A stretch of 32,878 nucleotides of DNA from a virus (Duplodnaviria > Caudoviricetes): positions 1 to 32,878 of IMG/VR virus record IMGVR_UViG_3300032233_001613; one strand, written 5' to 3'. Of this stretch, positions 18,846 to 26,111 are shown piece by piece. Both the position numbers and the translations under genes were made by a program. The notes under the pieces were generated by a model. The model searched no databases, had not been told where the DNA came from, and saw only the letters and a list, made by a program, of their open reading frames with translations. Each line of letters opens with the position of its first letter. Positions within the stretch are counted from its first letter, which is position 1.

Positions 18846-19690
18846 TTGGCCTTCCGCTTAACCCCACGGTACAAACGATTCTTGGACACCATGCCGCCGT
18901 AGGCGAAGCCCTTCAGCTTGTCGGGGTTTACACGGCCTTCCTTGGCCTTCTTTGCATAATCCTTTGCAAGTGCGCCGTAAGCCTGCGTACCAAGTGCTAC
19001 ATCGGCGACAGGCGAGGCGACACCCATGACTCCGCGCCACGCAGGGTTGCGGCCAACCATCTTGGCGACATACTTGAGAGGGCGAATAGGGTTGAATCTG
19101 CTGGCGGCAGCGCCTCGCGTGAGGACAGCGTTCCAATACGCCTCGTCAACCTTGTCGTAGGCGTTACCGACACCCTTTGCGGCACCCTTAACGGCGTTTC
19201 CAATGCGCGTTCGCATAGACGGATTGCGAGGAGGCATTATCGGCCCTTCTTTCCGCGTCGCAACACCGCCGTAAGCGTAACCCTGCTTGCCCTTGGAGCG
19301 AGAAGCGGCAATACCAGCACCAGCCGCAGCGGCAGGAAGGATTCCGCGTGCTTCAAGCGCTCGGAGACGGCGCATTATCTTTGACGCATACTTTTGCAAA
19401 GCGTCAGCATTAGGCTTTGCATCTACTTCCTTAACAGACATTCCCATCTTTCGCATGTAATCGCGCTCAGGCTTGATAATTTTGCTGACAGCGATTCCTT
19501 CGGCCGGGACAATGCGCATATACCTGCGCATTGTCCCGCTACGGATGTCATTTACGCCGGACAACTTAGCCATAGAACTCATCTGCACGGCCTTCTTTGC
19601 CGCGGCATAAATCTTCGGAGAATCTTCCTTCATGGCTTTTGCCGTCGCTAGAGCCCGCTTGATTGCCCGTCCAGACGACCAAATAGACAT
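18842..19690 (-). CDS. Highly basic protein, paralogue A
   Basis: K/R/A/M-rich; RGILPAAAAGAGIAASRSKGKQGYAYGG and a second KGFAYGG. Confidence 0.75.
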   Translation of the reverse strand: MSIWSSGRAIKRALATAKAMKEDSPKIYAAAKKAVQMSSMAKLSGVNDIRSGTMRRYMRIVPAEGIAVSKIIKPERDYMRKMGMSVKEVDAKPNADALQKYASKIMRRLRALEARGILPAAAAGAGIAASRSKGKQGYAYGGVATRKEGPIMPPRNPSMRTRIGNAVKGAAKGVGNAYDKVDEAYWNAVLTRGAAASRFNPIRPLKYVAKMVGRNPAWRGVMGVASPVADVALGTQAYGALAKDYAKKAKEGRVNPDKLKGFAYGGMVSKNRLYRGVKRKAK

Positions 19691-19691
19691 A

Positions 19692-20357
19692 TCAGCGACC
19701 CTTCTTTGCTCGGCGCACCACGCCGCCGTAGGCGTAACCCTGCTTGCCCTTGGAGCGCGATGCGGCTACGCCAGCGCCAACGGATGCGGCGGGGAGAATG
19801 CCTCGCTTTGCAAGTTCACTCATGTAGCGAATAACATCATTAGGGCGGCCAACGCTGCTTGCTCGGAGTTCGCGAAGCATACCAGCGCGCATAGTCCGCC
19901 TCTGTGCGGTCTTGGCGACGACCTTATTCCCAAGGCCGTAATCCTCCGCAATCTTCTTCATTTTCGCAACTCGCTCAACCTTGTTATGGTTGTACCCGCT
20001 CGAAACATAGTCCTTAAGTCGCTGGTACACCTTGGGAAGTTCCGCCTTCAACTCACGAGCACTCTTTACATAGCGGTTCACCCCAACACCACCCATAACG
20101 ACGGAGTCCTTGGGGTTCCTACCAGAAATCTTTCTCATGAAGTTGATGCCCTCGCGAGAATTTGCAAGGACTCGCTGCCTTGCAACGGATGTGCTCACCC
20201 CGGGATTGGACTTTTTAATATACTGCGCAATATCACTGCTCAACATGTCTGAGAAACGCTTGGCGATGTCGCCGCCGGATTGCGCCAGTTTGGTGTCGTG
20301 GCGCAACTTTTCGGCAATTTCGGGCGCGAGCTTTGCGGCCTTTCTAATCCATCCCAT
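19692..20357 (-). CDS. Highly basic protein, paralogue B
   Basis: Ends RGILPAASVGAGVAASRSKGKQGYAYGGVVRRAKKGR. Confidence 0.75.
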   Translation of the reverse strand: MGWIRKAAKLAPEIAEKLRHDTKLAQSGGDIAKRFSDMLSSDIAQYIKKSNPGVSTSVARQRVLANSREGINFMRKISGRNPKDSVVMGGVGVNRYVKSARELKAELPKVYQRLKDYVSSGYNHNKVERVAKMKKIAEDYGLGNKVVAKTAQRRTMRAGMLRELRASSVGRPNDVIRYMSELAKRGILPAASVGAGVAASRSKGKQGYAYGGVVRRAKKGR

Positions 20358-20359
20358 GA

Positions 20360-20818
20360 TTACTTCCTCCCGCAGGTCGGGCAGCAGCCCGCCATGCCAC
20401 CGTACTTGAATCCCTGACGCTTGCTCGAAGAGCCAGCGGCGATAGCAGCGGCCGGAGCGATGCCCGTACCCATCTTGAGCAGGCTCTTGAGACGCGAAGC
20501 GTCCGTCAGAGAGCGGGCCTTGGCCGAGAACGCGGGCACACCTGACTTCATGTAGTGCTTGCGGAGGTCGTTCAGGGCGCGCTTCATGGTCGCGTCGCCC
20601 ATAATGGTCGCGGAACCCTTGATGGTCGCGCTGGCGGCATCCTTGAGCGACTGATAACCCTTAGGGAATTCGGCCTTCAGGGCGCGCATACGGGTGAGGG
20701 CGCCACGGGTGATACCACCGTGCTTCGCCTCCTCGATGCCGTGGATGATATTGCTCAGCGCCTTGCGACTTAGGCGCGACTTCGAGAGAGACTGAGCGTA
20801 CTTACCGTAGTTCGGCAT
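20360..20818 (-). CDS. Highly basic protein, paralogue C
   Basis: Ends GIAPAAAIAAGSSSKRQGFKYGGMAGCCPTCGRK; AGGAG SD. Confidence 0.75.
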   Translation of the reverse strand: MPNYGKYAQSLSKSRLSRKALSNIIHGIEEAKHGGITRGALTRMRALKAEFPKGYQSLKDAASATIKGSATIMGDATMKRALNDLRKHYMKSGVPAFSAKARSLTDASRLKSLLKMGTGIAPAAAIAAGSSSKRQGFKYGGMAGCCPTCGRK

Positions 20819-20826
20819 GGGGACTC

Positions 20827-21030
20827 CTAGTTCAGATTGACTCCGACCGTGGACCCGTCGTCGCCTCCCACCGTCGTGAACGACTTGATGAGTGCAGTCA
20901 GCAGCCGGGCCAGTTGATTTGGCGTCAGCGAAACCTTATCGCTGTCGCATGACATGACCCTTACCACACCCTCGTCGTCAATGGCAAGAGTCATATTCAC
21001 TTCGCCGATGTTATCGTTATCATCATTCAA
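20827..21030 (-). CDS. Hypothetical protein
   Basis: Probable TTG start at 21030 after GGAGG; fills the gap in the operon; start uncertain. Confidence 0.45.
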   Translation of the reverse strand: MNDDNDNIGEVNMTLAIDDEGVVRVMSCDSDKVSLTPNQLARLLTALIKSFTTVGGDDGSTVGVNLN

Positions 21031-21532
21031 CTGGTGTAAGTCCTCCAAGTCTGCGGATGGCGGCGTGCCGCTGCTCCGGGAAGGCGTTGAAGTACGCTTC
21101 CAGATACGATACGCACCGTTCAGCACCGTCGTGTGGTCCGACACCCTCGACACTCTTTGCCGTCTCCACATACCGACGCAGGTCGTCCTCCGACCTTGCC
21201 CCAAGTCGGTTCACAAACTCGACGATGACGCGCCTCTCCTCGCCAATCAGCTTCATAACCTGCGCGTACAGGTTCAGGCAGGTCTTATTCTTCGGGTCGC
21301 GGATTCCCAACTTCACTGTGCGGACATAATCACGAACCGTTTCCTCGTCCGCCAACCCCTCACGAATCTGGTCGCCAGCCACGCTCACCAAGTCGCGCAC
21401 CTGCTTCGTGAACTGCAACCTGTCCCCCACAGGTACGACATCCCCCGGCAGCCGCTGCTTCTGAAGGTACTTCTCGTGGTCCCTCTGGGCCATCTGACGC
21501 CCCTGCTCGATACGCTCCTTCAGACCCACCAC
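21023..21532 (-). CDS. Hypothetical helical protein, candidate terminase small subunit
   Basis: GGAGG SD; 169 aa, helical, near the start of the packaging arm; function inferred from position only. Confidence 0.5.
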   Translation of the reverse strand: MVGLKERIEQGRQMAQRDHEKYLQKQRLPGDVVPVGDRLQFTKQVRDLVSVAGDQIREGLADEETVRDYVRTVKLGIRDPKNKTCLNLYAQVMKLIGEERRVIVEFVNRLGARSEDDLRRYVETAKSVEGVGPHDGAERCVSYLEAYFNAFPEQRHAAIRRLGGLTPVE

Positions 21533-21583
21533 TACCTCCAGTTGTCAAGGAATCTTACAGGGAACTTTTCGGTGCGCGCTGCG

Positions 21584-21796
21584 TTAGTCCAGAGTCTCTA
21601 TGTCGTTGTCCACGACCCGCCATGGGTCGTTGCTCGCCCCCCGGGGCACCCCACCTGCCGCGCGCGAAACCATATCGGAAACGCGAGACTCCAGCACAGC
21701 GACACGACGCTCAAGCATCGTCACCTTCGCTCGCAGCTCGCTCGTCCCTTCGCTCGTCGCGCCGCTGCTCGCTCGTCGCTTCAGCCAGTCCAGCAT
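21584..21796 (-). CDS. Small coiled-coil protein
   Basis: AGGAG SD preceded by a CA-rich leader; LRAKVTMLERRVAVLESRV heptads. Confidence 0.6.
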   Translation of the reverse strand: MLDWLKRRASSGATSEGTSELRAKVTMLERRVAVLESRVSDMVSRAAGGVPRGASNDPWRVVDNDIETLD

Positions 21797-22081
21797 GAGC
21801 GCTCTCTCCTGTTGTGTGTGTGTGGTCTAGCATGCACGCAGCGCACAGCACGCACGATGCGCGTGCATGTGTCTGTGTCTGCTAATGTTGTGTAGTGCCT
21901 TGGCTAGTGGCACTCGCTGCTGCTGCTGCGCAGGCTACAGCACATCTCGTCAATGTATGTGTCATGGGTTTGTAAATGCCAGACAGGACAACAGGTTACG
22001 AGGCTATTCTTGACATTGCCGTGACAGACAAGGTTTGCTCATTATATAGCAGAAAAAAAAACAGCAGCATGAAGATTTCCC

Positions 22082-22110
22082 TTGAACAGGAGCATCGGCT
22101 GTGGTAAGTT
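22082..22110 (+). promoter_or_regulatory. Early promoter P1
   Basis: TTGAAC-17 bp-TAAGTT with GTGG directly before the -10. Confidence 0.65.
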
Positions 22111-22169
22111 GCCCATGTCAGCAGGAAGCAGCACCAGCCACAAACCACACCAACCAAGGAGAACAAGCC

Positions 22170-22721
22170 ATGGACACCACGACCGTCTGCAAGATGCTTC
22201 GGGACCTGCACGAACTGCGCTCCAGTGAGGAGTCGCTTGGATGGACCATCAAGAGCCGTGTTCGTGCTGCGCAGCGGGAGGCTGAGCGAATGGTCGAGAA
22301 GGAGTTCGCTGCGGAGGTCGCTGCGAAGGCTATCGAGGTGTCGAATGCTGCCGACATGGCATACTTCGTGACGATGGGCGCTCTGTCCGGCTCCAAAATT
22401 GTGGTCACCTGCCGCGCCACGGGGAGCGAGCACGATGCGAAGACTACGGTCTGGCGGGAGTGGCAGCATCGAGGCAATGGTTGGTCTGTGGTGCGGTCGT
22501 ACGCGATTGGTGTCTGCAAGCGCGACCACAACGTCAAGTACAGCGGTGAGTGCAAGCGAGGCACGCTCGCACTATTCGAACTGAAGAGCGACGGCACCAC
22601 GTCTACGAAGCCGTCCTATCGGCTCCATCAGATTGGCGACGAACTCTTCGTTTCGATGGGCATCCTCCCCGACGGTTTCGATATGAACATCGTTAGTGCG
22701 GCTAGTGCGAAGGAGGACTGA
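22170..22721 (+). CDS. Early hypothetical protein
   Basis: AAGGAG SD, ATG 22170. Confidence 0.7.
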   Translation: MDTTTVCKMLRDLHELRSSEESLGWTIKSRVRAAQREAERMVEKEFAAEVAAKAIEVSNAADMAYFVTMGALSGSKIVVTCRATGSEHDAKTTVWREWQHRGNGWSVVRSYAIGVCKRDHNVKYSGECKRGTLALFELKSDGTTSTKPSYRLHQIGDELFVSMGILPDGFDMNIVSAASAKED

Positions 22722-22733
22722 CGAATAATCCTC

Positions 22734-22762
22734 TCGACAGGGAGCGTCTGGTGTGGTAGGAT
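22734..22762 (+). promoter_or_regulatory. Early promoter P2
   Basis: TCGACA-17-TAGGAT, TGTGG extended -10. Confidence 0.7.
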
Positions 22763-22813
22763 GCTCCCTGTCGAGAGTGAGTCACCAACCACCAACAGCG
22801 AGAGGAGCCACTC

Positions 22814-23002
22814 ATGTCGGACCTGAGCAAGAACACCAGCAGCGATGCAATCATCTTCTGTACCCTGTGCGGGGCGCATGGTGAACGAGCTAGCATGTGG
22901 TGTCGAGGTGACGACGACATCGCGGTGTGCGCCAAGTGTCAGGAGCGCCTCAAGCGAGAGGCTGCGTGCGACATCTGGGCATATGAGCCCGACTGGAACT
23001 AG
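22814..23002 (+). CDS. Small zinc-finger protein
   Basis: CTLC...CAKC; GAGGAG SD. Confidence 0.65.
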   Translation: MSDLSKNTSSDAIIFCTLCGAHGERASMWCRGDDDIAVCAKCQERLKREAACDIWAYEPDWN

Positions 23003-23014
23003 CAAATAAATCGC

Positions 23015-23043
23015 TGGACACAGCCAGCGCGATGTGGTAGGAT
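23015..23043 (+). promoter_or_regulatory. Early promoter P3
   Basis: TGGACA-17-TAGGAT, TGTGG. Confidence 0.7.
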
Positions 23044-23089
23044 GTGTCCATCAACGAAGCGAACCACACCAAGCCAAGGAGAGAGCCAG

Positions 23090-23449
23090 ATGGGCGTTGT
23101 CACGATGGTGAAGATTGAGACGAACAAGAGCGGTCGAACCGTTGCCCGGAGCTGCGTCGAGCAGGTCATTGGCATCACCTACGCGGATGGTTCGTCAGAG
23201 ATTCGGGTCATCCTGTTCAATCGCGAGTATCTGCCCATTGCAGCGCGCGTCTATGTTGAGAACGGAACCACTCAACTCGCGATGGATGCGTTCTGCCGTG
23301 AACACCTGTCTGAATCCGATGCCGCCTCAGCGAGCGAGTTCAACAAGAACGCTATCGCATACTGGGCAAACTATCGTTCGGCTGGAAAGACTATCGTTCA
23401 GGTCGGCGGTCCTCACCTAGAAAACCTTCTCGCCGTATTCGGCCAGTAA
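23090..23449 (+). CDS. Early hypothetical protein
   Basis: AAGGAG SD, ATG 23090. Confidence 0.65.
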   Translation: MGVVTMVKIETNKSGRTVARSCVEQVIGITYADGSSEIRVILFNREYLPIAARVYVENGTTQLAMDAFCREHLSESDAASASEFNKNAIAYWANYRSAGKTIVQVGGPHLENLLAVFGQ

Positions 23450-23457
23450 AAAACATC

Positions 23458-23486
23458 TTGACGAGGGGCACACGACGTGGTATGGT
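23458..23486 (+). promoter_or_regulatory. Early promoter P4
   Basis: TTGACG-17-TATGGT, GTGG, A-rich upstream. Confidence 0.7.
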
Positions 23487-23536
23487 GCCCCTTGTCGAGA
23501 GCAGGTTCCAAGCCACGCCAACCAAAGGAGCGAGCC

Positions 23537-23845
23537 ATGCAGAACCTGACCATTGAGCAGTTCGTGAAGCGGTACATGGTCCTGTTGTTTTCTTGGAAGC
23601 AGGCAGAAAAGACCGGCATGTGTGGCATGACGAAGCTCGCTAACGAAGAAATCCGCGAACTTCTGAACTCTCATCCTGTTCTGTGGTCGACGGCCATGTT
23701 GTACGCGTCCAGCGAGTTCGCTGGAGATGGCTCTGAAAATTACGACATCGCCATCGCACGAATCGCAAGGGAAATGCCGTCCTACATTGAGGCTGTCAAG
23801 TGGAATTTAGACTACTTCGAGAAGGAACGGGCGAATACTCCGTGA
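23537..23845 (+). CDS. Early hypothetical protein
   Basis: AAGGAG SD, ATG 23537. Confidence 0.65.
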   Translation: MQNLTIEQFVKRYMVLLFSWKQAEKTGMCGMTKLANEEIRELLNSHPVLWSTAMLYASSEFAGDGSENYDIAIARIAREMPSYIEAVKWNLDYFEKERANTP

Positions 23846-23870
23846 CAATGCGCGCGTGATGTGGTATGAT
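23842..23870 (+). promoter_or_regulatory. Early promoter P5
   Basis: GTGACA-17-TATGAT, TGTGG. Confidence 0.7.
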
Positions 23871-23916
23871 GTCTCCAGTAAAGCAGCACACCACACCAAA
23901 CCACGAGAGGTGAAAC

Positions 23917-24237
23917 ATGGCGCGATACGAGGGATTCATCAACTGCTCGTCCACCTTCATCTGCCTGTGCTGCGAAAAGCGCGCCGAGATGGACGCCATG
24001 AGGCTTCGAATCGCAGAGCTAGAGAATGCCCTTGCAGCGGCATCGTGGCTTTGCGCCAGCGCAGCAGCCGACCTGCTCGTCGATGACGTAGAGGCGATGA
24101 TTCGCCATCCTAAGGGCAACGCCGTCGAAAAGGTGTGCCGTGAGTCCGAGCGCCTGCTTGGCAGCAGGTTCGCTTGCGGGCGCGACTGGGAACGCGGATG
24201 GGGACTGTTCGAAAAGACCGGCAAGCCCACTCTGTGA
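23917..24237 (+). CDS. Early hypothetical protein
   Basis: GAGGTG SD, ATG 23917. Confidence 0.6.
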   Translation: MARYEGFINCSSTFICLCCEKRAEMDAMRLRIAELENALAAASWLCASAAADLLVDDVEAMIRHPKGNAVEKVCRESERLLGSRFACGRDWERGWGLFEKTGKPTL

Positions 24238-24290
24238 AGAGGATGCGCGACGCTACATCGCAAAAGGTGCTAGGCTGTAGAAATAACCAA

Positions 24291-24319
24291 TTGACAAGAT
24301 GCTCCTGTTGTGGTAGGAT
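24291..24319 (+). promoter_or_regulatory. Early promoter P6
   Basis: TTGACA-17-TAGGAT, TGTGG. Confidence 0.75.
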
Positions 24320-24374
24320 TCACCTTGTCGAAAGCAGCACGCACACGCAGCACACACACACACGAGAGGTTCCA

Positions 24375-24539
24375 ATGATTGAGTTCGTTCGTCCAATGCG
24401 AGACTGGAAGGACAGAGCAGCAGGATGGGCTGTGTGGCGAGTGACGCTCGCCGATGGGAGCCGACACATCGTGCACGGAACGCGAGACGATGCGCGAGAC
24501 TATCGAGATGCTCACCCCGACAAGGAAAGCACGCGATGA
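24375..24539 (+). CDS. Small early protein (54 aa)
   Basis: GAGGT SD, ATG 24375. Confidence 0.55.
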   Translation: MIEFVRPMRDWKDRAAGWAVWRVTLADGSRHIVHGTRDDARDYRDAHPDKESTR

Positions 24540-24685
24540 TTTACGGTGTCCGGTACGACGGCATCCTCTGGTTCGTCACCAAGGAGGGAACCCCGCTCCT
24601 ATCGTGTAAGAGCCAGTCCGATGCGAACAGAATGTGTGAGAAGCTTGAGGGCCAGGAGATATTCTACTTGACGCCAGCCGAATGA
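24536..24685 (+). CDS. Small early protein (49 aa)
   Basis: ATGA coupling, AAGGA upstream. Confidence 0.55.
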   Translation: MIYGVRYDGILWFVTKEGTPLLSCKSQSDANRMCEKLEGQEIFYLTPAE

Positions 24686-24696
24686 CGTGGTAGTAT
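24668..24696 (+). promoter_or_regulatory. Early promoter P7
   Basis: TTGACG-17-TAGTAT, GTGG. Confidence 0.7.
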
Positions 24697-24746
24697 GCGT
24701 CTCGTCAGGGCGGTCCTGACACCGACCACAAACAAGAGAGGGAGCC

Positions 24747-25142
24747 ATGACCAATCGTCGCCACAACATCGAACGAGTCCACCTCCTGATTGGCAACGAC
24801 GACGAACACAATCGCACGATGCACAGCATTCACCTGAATGCCGTCATGCTGCGTGAAATCGAAGGTCTGGTGTCCGACTTCAATACCGTCGTGGACGATT
24901 GGACCAATGACAAGGACGCTACTCTCTGCGGGTTCGCATACACGGAAGAAGATGACCACATGTTCCGATGCGTCCACGCCGCTGTGAACGCGCTGAGCGA
25001 TGCCGTCGGTGTTCTTCGCACGGCGCACATCAACTCTCGCACCATTGTCAAGGAGATGCGAGAGGATGCTGCGCATCAGACCGATGCGGTCAATCGAGAG
25101 GCCGTCGGCCACGCTCCGGTCAACAGCGGTGAGGTGCGATGA
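24747..25142 (+). CDS. Early hypothetical protein
   Basis: GAGGGAG SD, ATG 24747. Confidence 0.65.
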   Translation: MTNRRHNIERVHLLIGNDDEHNRTMHSIHLNAVMLREIEGLVSDFNTVVDDWTNDKDATLCGFAYTEEDDHMFRCVHAAVNALSDAVGVLRTAHINSRTIVKEMREDAAHQTDAVNREAVGHAPVNSGEVR

Positions 25143-25291
25143 ACTGCGACGGGTGCGGCGAGTGGATGGACTCCGGTGAGGTCTACCGGGGTCCGTCAGG
25201 CGGAAACTTCCACGTTGAGTGTCTGGCCGAAGCGATTCACCAGTCAGAGCAGGGCATGGCGAGCGCTATGTTCGCATACTTCAACCGATGA
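25139..25291 (+). CDS. 50-aa zinc-finger protein
   Basis: Not in the track; ATGA coupling, GAGGTG SD; MNCDGCGEW...FHVEC (CxxC...HxxC). Confidence 0.6.
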   Translation: MNCDGCGEWMDSGEVYRGPSGGNFHVECLAEAIHQSEQGMASAMFAYFNR

Positions 25292-25461
25292 CGGAGGGCG
25301 GGTTGGACAAGTGGCACAAGTACGAGTCGCTCATCTGCGAGATGGTGGACACACCAGACCTTGACTCGTTCATCAAGGCACACCGCTCGCTGCTCAAATG
25401 GGCAGAACGAAATGGGAACCCACCAGAAAAACTACTTGACATGCAGGACTGGGCGTGGTAA
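25288..25461 (+). CDS. Small hypothetical protein (57 aa)
   Basis: ATGA coupling with the previous ORF. Confidence 0.5.
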   Translation: MTEGGLDKWHKYESLICEMVDTPDLDSFIKAHRSLLKWAERNGNPPEKLLDMQDWAW

Positions 25462-25464
25462 TAT
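25436..25464 (+). promoter_or_regulatory. Early promoter P8
   Basis: TTGACA-17-TAATAT, GTGG, A-tract upstream. Confidence 0.75.
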
Positions 25465-25510
25465 GCACATGTCGGCGTCAGAGGGACGCCGCTTGAACAG
25501 GAGGCGCGAG

Positions 25511-25834
25511 ATGGGTGCGTTCAAGGACATGGCAATCGAGCGAGAGGAGCGTGCGATGCGTGGGAACCATACTTGGGTCGAGTTGTTCGAGGAGGTGCAG
25601 GTTGGAGAGGACCGCTACATTGAGGTGACGGTTGAGGTTCTCGTGACGATGCACCGCGCCGACCGTCGTACCGGAGACGACGGTTACGGAGAGGTCGAGG
25701 ACATGCGCTTCTCGTGGACCAAGGACTGCTCGCAGGAGGATGCTGCCAAGGTTGTGGAGCGCATGAACGACGACGGTGTGGTCGAGTGCCTGTCAGACCG
25801 TGCAATCACGGCCGCGTTCGAGGAGGTGGCATGA
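25511..25834 (+). CDS. Acidic hypothetical protein
   Basis: AGGAGG SD, ATG 25511; very E/D-rich. Confidence 0.65.
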   Translation: MGAFKDMAIEREERAMRGNHTWVELFEEVQVGEDRYIEVTVEVLVTMHRADRRTGDDGYGEVEDMRFSWTKDCSQEDAAKVVERMNDDGVVECLSDRAITAAFEEVA

Positions 25835-26052
25835 CCAGACTTGCACGCAAAGTCCGCCGGGTGGCGGGGGATGGCCGCGATTCGTTCGTGGTCATCCTCC
25901 ATCCAGATGACGGTGCGATGGGCGCGAGCATCGAACTGCGGGAGAAGGGGAGGCGCAAGGGATACCGAATCGAGTTGTCCCGCCTGTATACCAGACTCGC
26001 AATGCAGGAGGCTGGGTTCTCTGGTAAGCGCTCGAAGGTACGGTCGAAGTAG
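25831..26052 (+). CDS. Small basic hypothetical protein
   Basis: GGAGGT SD, ATGA coupling. Confidence 0.6.
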   Translation: MTRLARKVRRVAGDGRDSFVVILHPDDGAMGASIELREKGRRKGYRIELSRLYTRLAMQEAGFSGKRSKVRSK

Positions 26053-26059
26053 ATTGTCC

Positions 26060-26088
26060 TTTACTTCCGTAGAATACCGTGGTATACT
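26060..26088 (+). promoter_or_regulatory. Promoter P9 (replication genes)
   Basis: TTTACT-17-TATACT, GTGG. Confidence 0.65.
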
Positions 26089-26111
26089 GTGGTATAGAGA
26101 GGGAGGTGCAA

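Noticed and set aside
16466-21895. Long plus-strand ORFs (16466-17350, 18039-18830, 19632-20252, 20954-21895)
   Set aside because: All are antisense to coupled minus-strand genes with clear motifs and SDs.
22731-25475. Antisense promoters from the inverted -35-like arms
   Set aside because: Where checked (P2) the sequence 17 bp away on the bottom strand is CCAGAC, not a -10 box, and the inverted arms deviate from TTGACA.
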